From Carcharhinus amblyrhynchos (lineage: Eukaryota): 64,000 nt of DNA. A program made the position numbers and the translations under genes. Each line of letters begins with the position of its first letter. The stretch's first letter is position 1. Location: assembly GCA_965287045.1 (NCBI GenBank), contig OZ336873.1:39494001-39558000 (forward strand), read 5' to 3'. The notes under the pieces are model-generated. The model was not told where the DNA came from and did not search any database. It worked only from the letters and a program-made list of their open reading frames with translations. Positions 27,318-40,139 of the stretch are shown in pieces.

Positions 27318-28765
27318 AATTATTTCATGTGTCGCTGGCTATGCCAGCACTTTTGTTGCCAATCCCTAATTGCCTTTGAGAAGGGGATCTTGAACAGCCG
27401 TAATCCACGTGGTGTAAATACATTGTTTAGGAGGGAATTCCAGGATTTTGACCCAGCAACAGTGAAGGGCCAACAATATAGTTCCAAGTCAGAATGATGT
27501 AGCTTGGCAGGGAACTTGCAGATGGTGGTTTTCCCTTGCCACTGCTGCCTTTGTCCTTCTAGATGATAGAGGACACTGGTTTACCATTTATATAGATGAT
27601 CTGGAGGAGGGAACCGAGTGTAGGGTGTCGAAATTTGCTGATGACACCAAGATTGGGGGAAAGGCAAATTGTGCGGAGGGTGTGGAGAGTCTGCAGAAGG
27701 ATCTAGATAGGCTGGGCGAATGGGCCAGGAAATGGCAAATGGAATTTAATGTTGGCAAGTGTGAGGTGGTCCACTTTGGTAGGAAGAATGGTAGGAAGGA
27801 CTATTACTTACGTGGCGAAAAACTGCAGCAGGCGACGGTGCAGAGGGACCTCGGGGTCCTTGTGCATGACTCGCAAAAACCCAGCGTGCAGGTGCAGCAG
27901 GTGGTCAGGAAGGCGAATGGGATGCTGGCCTTCATAGCGAGGGGGATTGAATATAAAAGTAGGGAGGTCTTGCTGCAGCTGTATAGGGCATTGGTGAGGC
28001 CGCAGCTGGAGTACTGTGTGCAGTTTTGGGCGCCGCACCTGCGCAAGGATATTTTGGCCTTGGAGGGAGTGCAGAGGAGGTTTACTAGGCTGATACCGGA
28101 GTTGAGGGGGTTGAGCTATGAGGAGAGGCTGAATAAACTAGGCTTGTACTCGTTAGAGTTTAGAAGAATGAGGGGAGATCTCATTGAGACGTATAAGATG
28201 ATGAATGGGATGGATAGGATAGAGGTGGAAAGACTCTTCCCGCTCAAAAAAGACAGTAGGACTAGGGGGCACAGCCTCAAGATAAAGGGGGGGCGGTTCA
28301 GAACGGAGTTGAGGAGGAACTTCTTCACTCAAAGGGTGGTGAATCTCTGGAATTCTCTGCCCGTTGAAGTGGTGGAGGCTGCCTCGCTAAATATTTTTAA
28401 GAAGCGGGTTGATGGGTTTTTGATAAGAGAAGGGATTAAGGGTTATGGGGAGAGGGCGGGAAAGTGGAACTGAGCCACGACAGATCAGCCATGATCTTAT
28501 TGAATGGCGGGGCAGGCTCGAAGGGCCAGATGGCCTACTTCTGCTCCTATTTCTTATGTTCTTATGTTCTTATGTTCTTATGGTTTGGAAGGTGCTATCG
28601 AAGGAGCATTGGTGAATTATTGTAGTTAGAACACGGGGATGCCACTGTGCATCGATGGTGGAGGGAGTAAATTTTAAAGGTGGTGGATGGGGTACCAATG
28701 AGGCAGGCCACATAGTTCTGAATGCTTGAGTGTTGGAGCTGCACTAATTCAGGCAAGTGGAGACT
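27318..28765 (-). mobile_element. Older CR1/L2-group LINE 3' fragment, split by the young CR1
   Basis: Collinear with 28836-29300; host reads ...ggacactggttt|ggaaggtgc... across the insertion. Confidence 0.75.
27583..28580 (+). mobile_element. Young 5'-truncated CR1 LINE: uninterrupted RT C-terminal ORF, 3' UTR and (TTCTTATG)n tail
   Basis: Open frame 27580-28473: FTIYIDDLEEG..SKFADDTK..FNVGKCEVVHFG..RPQLEYCVQFWAP..TRGHSLK..FFTQRVVNLWNSLP; 4x ttcttatg; TSD tggttt at 27577-27582 and 28581-28586. Confidence 0.96.
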
Positions 28766-28835
28766 AGAAATAGGTAATGCTGCATTTTATTTATAAACCG
28801 ATAATTGAGAAAAGCAATTATATCTTTTTGTAAAA

Positions 28836-29753
28836 TTCATTTATGGGATGTGGGGTCACTGGCTAGGCCAGCATTCATTGCCCATCCCTAGATTCTCTTT
28901 AGAAGATGGCGGTCAGCTGCCTTCTTGAACCGCTGCAGTCTCTGAGGTGTAGGTATACACATAGTGTGTTAGGGAGGGAATTCCAGGATTTTGCCTCAGG
29001 GCCAGTGAAGGAATGACAATATATTTGGTGAGTGACTTAGAGAGAAATCTGGTATTCCCAGGGTATCTATTGCTTTTGTCCTTTTAGATGAAAATGGTCC
29101 TGGGTTTGAAAGGTGCTGACTAAGGAACCTTGGTGAGTTTCTGCAGTGCATCATGTAAATGGTCCAAACGGCTGCTTTAGTTGGTGGTGGAGGGATTGAA
29201 TGTTTGTAGAAGGGGTAGCAATTAAGCTACCTGTTTTGTCCTTGTTGGTATTGAATTTCTTGAGTGTTGTTGGAGTTGCACTCATCTAGGCAAGTGGACA
29301 ATATTCCATTACACTCCTGACTTGTGCCTTGTAGATGGTGCATAAGCTTTGGGAGTCAGGAGGTGAATTACTCATCACAGGATTCCTAGCCTTTGGCCTG
29401 CTCTGGTAGCCATAGTATTTATATGGCTGGTATATTTCAGTTTCCGGTCAATGGTAACTTCCAGGATGTTGTTAGTGGGGTATTCAGCAATGGCAATGCC
29501 ATTGAATGTCAATGGGTGATGGTTAGATCCGCTCTTGTTAGAGATGATCATTGCTTGACACTTGTGCAGTGTGAATGTTACTTGCTATTTGTCAGCATTT
29601 GGATATGGACTGCTTCAGTATCTAAGAGATTACAAATGGTGTTGAACATTGTACAGTCAACAGCAAACATCCCCACTCCGACCTTATGGTGGAAGGGAGC
29701 TCATTGATGAAGCAACCTAACATTGTTGGATCTAGGACACTATCCTGAGGAAC
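28836..29753 (-). mobile_element. CR1/L2-group LINE 3' fragment (RT motifs to 3' tail)
   Basis: Minus strand VPQDSVL (PQGSVLG) ~29735 and VGMFAVD (FADD) ~29665; 3' tail ...gggatgggcaatgaatgctggcctagccag..cccacatcccataaatgaa. Confidence 0.8.
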
Positions 29754-30431
29754 CAAGTTCTTTACGTATAGAAATCAGGGACAATTTAAATTAGACCCCG
29801 ATACTCACTGCAGGACACTGTGGACAAAACATGTCCTGTGCAGTATCAACTTCTGATCTTGACACAGAGGACTCAAAAAGATTTTACTTATTTTTGTAGG
29901 GGATGAAGGAGTAGAAATGCTACTCCAGGCTGCAAGAAGCAAGCTTTGATGTTGCTGCATAGTGTCCCCATTTTCATGAAAGAGCACCTTGCCACCAGTT
30001 AAATTGCCTGATATTGCAAAAGCCTGGAATAAGTGGGAATGCTCCAGAAAGCTTGCTTTTAATCAGGGCAGTCATTTATTAATCAGTCTTGGTCCTCTGA
30101 AAATCACAGAGAGAATCTACTCCATATTGTCTTACATTTTTCTTTGGCAACATGCAAAACTCTTGTGAGGCATTCTATAAAAAGCTGTGACTACACTGAT
30201 TATTGACTGAAATGTGCAAAACACAAGGCGCATTTTTATGGACTGAAAAGCGATCCCATGCTAGCACAGGATCTGTACATATGGTTTAACAGTTCACCCA
30301 GTTGCTAACATAATGAGAATCCAGAAGCCAGGAACCGACATGGCTGTATATTACCAACACAAAATGTTTATATTGGGAATCAAATAGAATTTTATATTAG
30401 AAACTGCTTTTAAAAGGTTGTTTGCTCATAC

Positions 30432-30549
30432 CTTCAAGTTTTCTGATTCGATCAGCCCTAATGTCAAGCAGCTGTGTGTACTGCTCCAGCTTAATCTCAT
30501 ATTCTCGATTGTTATCTTCCATTTTCCGTGTCACAGTATCAACTTCATT
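30432..30549 (-). CDS. RPGRIP1L: RPGRIP1L coding exon, 118 bp
   Basis: ttttag| ... |gtatg; [39 protein letters not shown]. Confidence 0.95.
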
Positions 30550-33500
30550 CTAAAATTGGAATGATAGGTCAACAGGTAAAATAGATTACTAAGTCCCTGA
30601 TCATACTTGTGAAATGCACATGCCAAGATTTTACTCAGAAACAAAAATGCATCAGTATGTTATTTACAGTGGCCTCTGGCGCACATGCTTCCAAAAGTTC
30701 ACAAGTGACTTGTTGAACAGATATTTTGAATTCAGTTAACACAGTTATCTTTGTTTGTGATTATTCTCCTCCGCAATTTTTTGAGAACTTTTAAATCAAA
30801 ATCAGTATTAAAATGATCATGACTGCAGAGCTTGGATTCTGCTTCTAAGGCAGATAACGCAAGTCAGGAAATTTCCTGGTTTGCTGCATATGCTTCAGGA
30901 GGAACTCTCTCCCCAAATGGTGGGATCTTTGTTCAGGAGGATGGGAATGAATAGGTGATGGAGTCTGGCTTGCCACCCCTGCATGCAGATCGGAGGCAAC
31001 CACTGAGACTGCCAAGTGTTCAGCTGGGCCATTCAGAAGATCTGCCTTGGTTATCTGCAACTTCATCCCAGTTGTTTGCTCATATTTTAGGTCCTCTTGC
31101 CCTCACCTTCACATGCCCTGATTCCCCCAACCTATTTACAACATTCCATGCATGTAAACTCATGTCGCACCCATACCCAATGGCTCCTCGTTTTTTACAC
31201 TCCTACTCATGCAACTCACCCACTCTCCATGCAAACCAATGCTCACCATTCATCTTCATTAGCCCTCATATCCTCAATATAACTCAAGGAAAGCTCATGA
31301 CAACTAATGGCAAACATCCCACCACCTTTTGTTTGCTCTCACTCCCTCCATGCTTATGAATCCAATATTCATCCTGGGCAGACTGTAGCAGCCACATTGA
31401 GATGAAATAAAGTAAGTTATAAATAGCTATTGCAACCTTCACTATATTCAAAAGGAACTCATATATACAAAAATACAAAAATTAATATACAAAAATTTTA
31501 AATCCCCTCAAGTACAGAATGTGTTATCAAAGCAGACATGTATTCATAATGCCATATCAAAGATAGCTAATCCTTTAATAATCTCTTTTAGCTGTCAAAT
31601 CAAATTGTGAACAGCTTAAACAGCTATTGCAACTGAGAGACCAGATTTCTTTTGCCTCTCACAGATACATGCAACGTATTTTGTAATATAATTTTTAAAT
31701 GTCTGGGGATTTAAATAACTTCACAGCTCGTCAGTTCTACAGACCTTCTTTGAACAGCATTTATAACTACTCTTTAAAAAAATCACAACTCCCACTCTGT
31801 GGATTGAGACGCTTGCTACCGTGAAAATTGGGTCTGCTTAAACTCAGCACTGAAAAGTGGATCTGTTGGAAATGGAGGCAAGATTTCTGGATTTGGGTCC
31901 CATCTGTCATTTCAGAACGTTCATGAAGTCTTCATGACTCTGTGAAAGTCTGGGCATAGATCTTTACCTGATCTCAATTATTAGCTGCAAGCAAATTTGA
32001 CTTTTTTCCCTACAACAAAATTTATAAACTTTGGTATTAAGCCAGTGACAGCCAAGTAATTCAGCCTGTTTTACGTTGCCAGTCCTGTCAATGAGCTATT
32101 ACTGGTTGCTGTGACATAGGAAGGTTTTACAGAGCAAGTATAATTAATTAGCAGATACTGCCAACTGTTCCTAACTACATGTGTTGGTACTGGAAAAGGT
32201 TGGAAAATAATTTTGAAAGGAACAGAATTGAAAAGCAAGAATATTAAACATATATTGAACCTTGTTTAGACCATCCTTAGGGTACAATGCTCAGTTCTGG
32301 TTTCAGCATTCTAAAAAGCACAAAAGGACACTAGAAAGATGCATAATATTACAAATATTATACTAGAATTAAAAGGTTACAACAATCAAATAACTAACCA
32401 AGTTGAGACTTCTTATTTAGAAAATTGAAACCTGAAGCCAAACATAACAGGTGATGTTTTAAGTCAATTATCTTATTCAACAGAATGTATAAAATAAAAA
32501 TCACATTAATTTAAAATGTAGCCTAATGTTTTAAAATGATAAGTATATCTGCACTTACTTCATGGATCATTTGCTTCTTTCAAGAACAAATAAAAGGAAA
32601 CTCTAACCTTCAGTTTACATGTGGAGGACTTGCTGTTTTATCTGTATGGGTTCCCTTTTCAGTTATAAAATTACAATTCCATAGACTTAGAGATTCGAAA
32701 ATTATAATGTACGATCAATCTGGGCGCCAGTTAAATTGACTGCCCTTATTTAATTTGAAATATGTTTCTTGTTCCTTCAGAATGCACATTTTCCTATTCA
32801 TTAAAGTTGTTACAAAAAGTACTGGATTACTGAATTTCAGTACTCATAGAAACAAACATTATTCATATTCTGCAAGAGCCCCTTTAAATTATATATAATT
32901 AGCTGTTTTCACGATGATGCTAGACTTTGGTTATCGTACCTATTATATACATGATATTTAATATAGTGCATCACTGATGGGATTTTGTAAAGAGAAAATA
33001 GAATCCAAAAATAAATTACATTTTATCAAAAGAATAGTTATAAACTGAAAATGGTTTTCATTCCTTTCCACTAAGCTTAAAGATCAGCTTGACTGCAGAA
33101 GTCAAAAGATATTATTAATATGCCTAGTTTCTAATAACTATGTCTATATAATCTTTTCAAAAGCTCTGAAGGAAAAGAAATCCAAATAGTGTCCTTTTAT
33201 TACAAACTATTTTTGAATAATTAAATTATATTTTTCTACTACAGAGGAATTTTATATGGCATCCAGTCTAATGACAAAGAAGCAGGTATGTTATTATTAA
33301 TGCAACAGCTGCAACTTGTAATTTAATGTTGCATTGAATTTTCATCTCATTGGGAAAAATTACCATACTTTCTCTTAATTGCTTTCTAAAAATGTTCTGG
33401 TTCAGAATAGTAAGCCTGGGTTTACCTAAAGCAGACACAATTCTTGATGTTAAACAATTTAGCTACATTATAAATTACACAAAATCTCTGATGATGTTCA

Positions 33501-34739
33501 TTTTGGAGTTGTTAGCAGTAGTCAGATCTATTTTCCTTTCATCTGTGAGTGTATCAAATCAGCAGCATATTTAAGGCTTTTTAATATGTCCAAGTTGCCA
33601 CTTTTAGAGTGTAATTGCTTCCACATTCACCACAATACGTGGCAGTCACACTTCTCAAGGTCTTCTCCTACCCACAATTTATTGTATCAACCACTGAAAA
33701 AATATAGGCTGGCTTGATGGAAAATTCATTTGTCTAGTAACTTTGTCCAAGCATCTGCTTCTTCACAATTTTATAAAATTGGAGTTGAAAGGGCGTAAAA
33801 CAGAATTTTATTTACTCTTTGTCCAAACTCGTTATAATGTTTAAATTCACCTACGTAAGAAATATTTCATTTCTAACTAGGGATCAAGAATCAAAATCCA
33901 AAATGAAGCTCTGCAAATTATGCAATGTTTGCGTTCTGGAGGCAGGTACTTCAGCATTAATGAACTGCCCAATTCAAAGAAATCAGAAAACATGTTGCAC
34001 TTCATATGATTCCAGGCAGTGGGCCTGATTTTCAAATTAGCATCCAAATTGTCAATGTATAAGTATTTGCATTGTTTGGCAATTGTTAAGACAACAAGCA
34101 CTGGTTCACCTATAAATGGACACATTGTCCCTCGGTTTGTTTAATTTAGTTTAACTCAAAATCGTATGAATGGACACAGCTTGCTTCACCCCGATATAGT
34201 AGAAATGGACACAGAACAGCGGAGTGAGTGACAAACTGGAAGACGTCTGCTGAGTTATCTTAAGAGTAAACCTGCTCGAGGTTAAAGACTAGCTTTAGAT
34301 ATTTTTTCAATAATATGCAATTATTACAGTTATCCTGGTAGAAAATAGTTACTCCGAATTTCTGGCTGGTTCTGGGCTCATTCTGTGGCCAGGCCTGGGA
34401 TAGACATCTGAAATTCCTGACCCAATCAGACACATAAGGTTGGGAAAGGGCGATGTGCATCTTTCTAGTCCATGAGTGCACTGAATACCGAATCTCCAAT
34501 ATGTGCATGAAATCTGACAGGAAGGCCTGAGGTGAACTTGCCTGTGGGAGTGCTTTTAGGAGGTTCATTTGTTCTTAAAGGTAAGTGCATTAGGTCTTTC
34601 AAAGATCATTTCGGTGCTGCTTTCTGCTGATTTATGGCTTTCATGAAACTTTATGCCAATTCCTATGATTTGTGTTGTCTCAAGATCTTTTTAAGGAAAA
34701 TAGGATGAAAGGAAAGATATCTTGCTGATTAGGCTGTCT

Positions 34740-34903
34740 GGGGATGGCACGGTGACACAGTGGCTTGCACTGCTGCCTCACAGCATCAGTGACCCAGGTT
34801 TGAATTCGGCATTGAGTGACTATGTGGCGTTTGCATATTCTGACCATCTCCTTGGGAGTTTCATCCTGGTGCTCAGGTTTCCTCCCACAGTCCAAAGATG
34901 TGA
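34740..34903 (+). mobile_element. Partial V-SINE
   Basis: tRNA head and V core, truncated after ccaaagatgtg. Confidence 0.8.
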
Positions 34904-35049
34904 GGGAGAATACTCCCAAGAAGCGTGCTGATGTAGGAATTATGTGTGTTTCAAGTGCAGGAATTGCGTGTGTTTCAGGTGCAACAGAATGGGTTAATTA
35001 CAAGCACGGGTGCAGAGTGAAGCTAATAGGACAGAATGTGCCAAACAAA

Positions 35050-35430
35050 ACAACAATGGCAAGTTTAACTCCTTTGAAGAAACTAGATGTGGAGCCTGAC
35101 AAGGAACCCAAATTGTATCCCCTTAACCAGGGCCAACTGAATAAAGTGTCTCTATTGAGATAGTCTTGATGGTAAATGGCAGATCTCTTAAAATGGAAGT
35201 CGACATAAGGGCTGCGACTACAATCATTGTTGCAATGCACAGCTACAGAGGGAAAAAACTGGAGTGTCAAATTTTAAGATGTCTTTGATTGGGAAATTAG
35301 AACAATTTGACCCTGGAATAGAAAACTTCATTACCTCGGAACATTGAGATTGAATCAGTTGGAAGCTATGATGTTTATCTATACTGGAAAGACTGCAGAC
35401 TTTAGGGACAGCAATTGTCAGAAGTGTCCT
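35050..35430 (+). mobile_element. Ty3/Gypsy fragment (aspartic protease and gag N-terminal remnants)
   Basis: 35151: SIEIVLMVNGRSLKMEVDIRAATTII (VNG..L.MEVDTGAA); ~35278: MSLIGKLEQFDPG. Confidence 0.55.
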
Positions 35431-36924
35431 ACAAGAATCAGATGATGCAGTTACCTGTCTTGGTGTTTAAGGGACGTTCAGCTGCCTCCCATGTACTCCT
35501 CCTGACGCTGCTACTCCAAGCCGACAACACTAATCCTCTTGACTATCCTCTATCCCTCAACCTGGCCTGACTACCCATTTAGCAACTTGCTCAACTGCTA
35601 CAGCCCTTCCTATCCAACTATCATCCTGCCCACACGCAGAAATTTCCTCTAACAAAAGATTGATCAATGAAAACCATTGTCTTCAGACTCATCACAAACC
35701 CTGTTTCCTAGATACTGACCCCATTGTTCTGCCTGGCAAATATCTGAGAGTGAATCAGATTGTTCAGAATTCTGGTGTCATATTTGATCACAAGATGGGC
35801 TACTTCCTCTCTGTCATATTGGGTGACTTTGCCCTGGCCTCAGCTCATCTCCTGCTGAAACATTCATCTACACCTTTATCACCTCTAGGGTTGACTGTTC
35901 CAGTGCACTCCTGGCAGGCCGTCCACATGTTATGGTCTGTAAACATGAACTCATATAAAACTCTGCTGCCAAGATCCTGAATATTTTCAATGTAACCTAC
36001 ATTGGTTTCCAAGAAGCAAGGCCTCAGTTTCCTCATTTGTAAATCCCTTCAGCCTTCCAAGGTATCTTTTTTTCTCTAATTCTAGCCTTTTGAGTATCTC
36101 TGATCTTAATTCACTCCACCATTGGCTGCCATTCTTTCAGCTACCAAAGCTTTAAGAGTTAGAATTCCTTCCCTGGACCAATCCATTTTGTCCTCTCTTT
36201 CCTCCATTAAGACCCTCTTTAGAACCACCTTTTTAAATGAAGAATTTGGTCGTCTATGTTACTTGGCATCAAGTATTTTTTAGAATGCTTTGGTGAAGTA
36301 CATTGAAACATTTTACTGAATTAAAGCTTCTATATGAATATAAGTTGTTCTTTTCTGTTTTTGATAGGAAGCCAACAAACATTAGCGAGGACGGGACAGC
36401 AACTGACAAATGGGACTTGGTTTGGAACTGAAAAGCAGTGGAAATTAACCAAACTGGAGTTTATAAAGGAAGAGATTGGCAAGGGGGCGCGTTAAAGAAT
36501 TCAAATCCGGAGGTAAGAAAGTGTAGTGGGCTTAACTGGAATTAACAAAAAATCATGTATTTTTCAAAATATTTTACAAATTTGTTCTGACCCCCTTACC
36601 AGCCTTGGTCTTAAACATGCTAACTTTTTTTAAGGAGAATGGTTTGATCTGTGACATCACAAGAGACGCCACGGCAATACTTCATCTAGATCAATCCATC
36701 AGGAGTTTGAACAACGCTGCTTGGGTTGTTTTTTTCTCCTGTATTCTGTTGACAGTGAAGACTAGCAAGCTCACTATCAAGGCAAAGGTGAATGAAATAT
36801 CACTCAATAATGGTATTCAAACTCAGCTGTCTCATTTCAGAATTTAATGCATTATAGTTGCTGAAAAGCTTCCAAGACAGTCAGCAGAAATCAATCCTTG
36901 CCATCACTGAGTGCTAATATTGTT

Positions 36925-37305
36925 TTTTTATTATTCATGGGATATGGGGCATTGCTGGCTGGCCATTTATTGGGCAACAAATGGGCATTTATTGCCCATT
37001 CCTAGTTGCCCTTGTTCAGAGGGCAGTTGAGAGTCAACCACATTGCTGTGGCTCTGGAGGCACATGTAGGCCAGACCAGGTAAGGACGGTAGATTTCCTT
37101 CCCTAAAGGACATTAGTGAACCAAATGGGATTTTCTGACAATCGACCATGATCTTATGGTCGTCAGTAGATTCTTAATTCCAGATTTTTTAAATTAAATT
37201 CAAATTCTACCATCTGGCCTGGCAGGATTCAAACTCTGGTCCCCCGAACATTAGCTGAGCTTCTGGGTGAATAGTTTAGTGATAATACCACTAGGCCATT
37301 GCCTT
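36925..37305 (-). mobile_element. Second tRNA-SINE family (tail shared with the LINE at 28836)
   Basis: Reverse complement of 48786-49097 type; tail caagggcaactagg.atgggcaataaatg. Confidence 0.75.
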
Positions 37306-37766
37306 CACATGTTATTTATTCAAAATTGATTGCATAGAACAAACCCAGACAACAATAGGCCAAGAAAAGCACATCAAAGCATAAGCAAAGTTCCTTTTTC
37401 CAAAAGTAAAATTTCATTTATCTATGAACAAAGTAAATTGTAGCACTGAATCTTGGCATTAATTCAAAAAATAAAATTAGAAACCAATACTTAGCCCACT
37501 TTTTCCTTGGCTAATCATGCCAAATGTCCTGTAGAACCCTGTTCCTTGGTTCTTAATTCCTTCTTTCTCTCTAGTTTCTCAGTCAACTTCCCTTCTGACC
37601 TTGGTTATGAGAACATTTCCTGCTCCCTTGTCCCTAAACTGCTGATCATCCAAATTCCTCTCTCATTCCCATGGCGCGATTGTAACTAATTGTCTCTCAG
37701 GCACTTTTTGAAGCTGACATCATTATCTTTCCTTAAAAAGCCAATAGTCCTGTCCTTCTAAACTAC

Positions 37767-37956
37767 AGTAAGAAGTCTCACAGCACCAGTTTAAAGTCCA
37801 ACAGGTTTATTTGATAGCACAAGCTACTTGCTTTCGGAGGCAGCGCTCCGAAAACTAGTGGCTTGTGCTATCAAATAAACTTGTTGGACTTTAAACTGGT
37901 GTTGTGAGACTTCTTACTGTGTTTACCCCAGTTGAACGCTGGCATCTCCACATCAT
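37767..37956. mobile_element. Palindromic short retro-insertion (probably Penelope-like terminus) with 11-bp TSD
   Basis: Hairpin 37765-37920 with arms of about 70 bp; TSD ttctaaactac at 37756-37766 and 37957-37967. Confidence 0.8.
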
Positions 37957-38182
37957 TTCTAAACTACGACATCTCCATCCTCCTTTTGCTCTCCAAATTC
38001 ATTGAATGTGTTGTTTGTTCACAAAATCTATGCCCTTCTCACCAGCCACTCCCTATTTGAATATTTCTGACAAGTTTCTGACCATCTAGCTCATACTTCC
38101 ATAGCATTATTCCACATCATTCATCCTATTGAAATAGTAATATTTGAGATCCCTTTTGCATCTTTCAAATATAGACAATTAC

Positions 38183-38362
38183 CTGATAGTCTTTATTAAT
38201 CTTGTACTGCATAAGTAACATATTTCTTGTCTTTTCAAGCTCTTGAATGGTTTCTGCATGTGTTGCCTGAAGCTCTCTAATAGATTGCTCCAAATCTTTA
38301 TTAATGTCATCCTCCACTTTCTCTAGGAATTCAAGGTTTCCATTCTTCTGATGCTTGCGAAC
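38183..38362 (-). CDS. RPGRIP1L: RPGRIP1L coding exon, 180 bp
   Basis: ttatag| ... |gtaat; [60 protein letters not shown]. Confidence 0.96.
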
Positions 38363-38741
38363 CTATAATAAAGGGAAAAGCACATGGCTGATGTAAACAC
38401 ATTTTCTCTTCCAGCTTTCTCCACCACAAAACAATTAGAAATTCTACAGTATAACTGAAAAACTGCAAAATTATGTGCAGGAAATAGTACCAGTTGGGCT
38501 TATTGGCATATATTTTTGCTTTTCATGGCTGGACAACATTTATCATTTTCCTGATGTTTGTCTTAATATTTTTATATCACCACTAGGTTATAATTTTGAC
38601 CTGTCCGTCATACTCCAAAGCATCCTATTGTACTTTCTTCCTCAAAGTAGAAGAACTGAATTTTGAGTCTGAGGTGCCAGAAGCTGGGGGATAGATCCAG
38701 TAGTGCATGGAAAAGTCAGTGGTTTTTTAGTGCAGACATTG

Positions 38742-38861
38742 TGGGTGGAATTTTCCCGGCCCGAGATTTGTACAACTCCGCTCGAGGCCAACGGAGAATG
38801 CCGTTCTCTGAGCCTCGCCCACCGTTGGAATCGGGGTGGGCATGTTGGTAAAATTCCGGCC
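38742..38861. mobile_element. MITE (GGGTGGAATTTT...AAAATTCCGGCC)
   Basis: TIR-bounded about 120 bp; family shared with 9604, 20982 and 57798. Confidence 0.7.
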
Positions 38862-38869
38862 TACATTTT

Positions 38870-39060
38870 AATCTTGGATGTGGTGCTAGTAGCTGTATTG
38901 TGCCTACAGGGAGATACCCTTCCTAAATGTTGGGAGGAAGGAGCCTGTGAGCAAAACAAAGATAGAGTGGCTGGAGGTTACTATGAACTTAGCTTCAGGA
39001 AGGTAGTGACATGCTTATGAATTCAATGCTGATAGCAGTTCAATTGCCTTATCAGGGCAG
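38870..39060 (+). pseudogene. Harbinger Myb/SANT-like DNA-binding gene remnant
   Basis: LDVVLVAV / REIPFLNVGRKEPVSKTKIEWLEVT / *IQC**QFNCLIR across frameshifts (consensus-like REVLFP..GRK.P...W.EVA...WIQCRKRFNDL). Confidence 0.65.
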
Positions 39061-40139
39061 GAAATGGGAATAAAATGTCACAATTGACTTACATCCTGAT
39101 GCTTTTATCACTCCAAACTCCTCATCCTGCCAACTCAAATCTATGCCAGCATAACATTCCTCACACCAATTTACCCTGCAGGTGTATCCATCCCTCTCTG
39201 CACTTCCTCACATCCCCATTTGTCCATCCACCACTGACACTCACCCTCATTTTTACATGTCATGCCTCTTCCTCATAGTTGCCCTCAACAAATGTTCTCC
39301 ATTCATCCACGTAACATATACCATTACTACCCTTTAAGTCTCTTCTTTTCCTCCATGGCAAAAAAGAGAACACGAAAGACAAGAGAGCAGAGATTGTGTT
39401 GAGCCAAGATGCAACTGACAGCTGCAGAAGGGATGATGTTAGTCATCTGTGAAACAATTGTGTGCTTGGCCGTTGGAACTGGGGAGATGAGGGCTTCCCA
39501 GCTGGCTAATGCCAGAATTAAATACTACTCAGCCACATGGCATACACACTGACTTGATGCCAGTAGCGAGTGAAATATAATCATGTGTACAATGATTATT
39601 TAAGATATTCCTATCTGGATAGTTCTAATTCACAAATAAAGATAGCACAACTGAAGTTCAGACCTTTGTCCTTTCAACCCAACCCCTGAAATTTACTCAA
39701 CCCAAACAGTTGCAACATTCCAATTGTCCATCCAGCTCGGCATATCAGACTGAAATCAGGATCAATACCGGTGCTACTTGAGCTCATCATCAACTGGAGT
39801 GAGACTGTATTTAGGGCTGTATTTAATCTTCCAATAGACATGGTTCAGGAAGGCAATGACTCTTCAGGGGAAGTCATTCTTTCTTAGGGTGCAGCATCAC
39901 AACATTCATAAAACCAAAACACCAGATCAGATATTCAAAAAATAATGGGGCTTCTCAAAGGGATGCTTGATTGTTTGCAGAATTGCTTTGTGATGGGGAA
40001 ATGCAGAGACCTTTGTATGCGGTTGTCAGATGGGTAGACTGGTGGAATGGGGAAATCACGTGCAGCGTGGGCACTGACTGCATCACATTGTTCTCTCCAG
40101 AATCATTAAAGGCCCGCTGCTCTGTGCGTTGTTTCTCCT

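Noticed and set aside
27749-28328. Overlapping and antisense ORFs (27749, 27804, 27808, 28116)
   Set aside because: Shadow frames of the CR1 RT ORF
27250-30000. Search for the Copia 3' LTR
   Set aside because: No sequence matching 20368-20908 seen; region occupied by LINE fragments, so the 5' LTR boundary is tentative
35440-36350. Possible L2 LINE remnants (also about 37500-38100, 14750-14910, 44060-44200)
   Set aside because: Too decayed to set boundaries or family by eye
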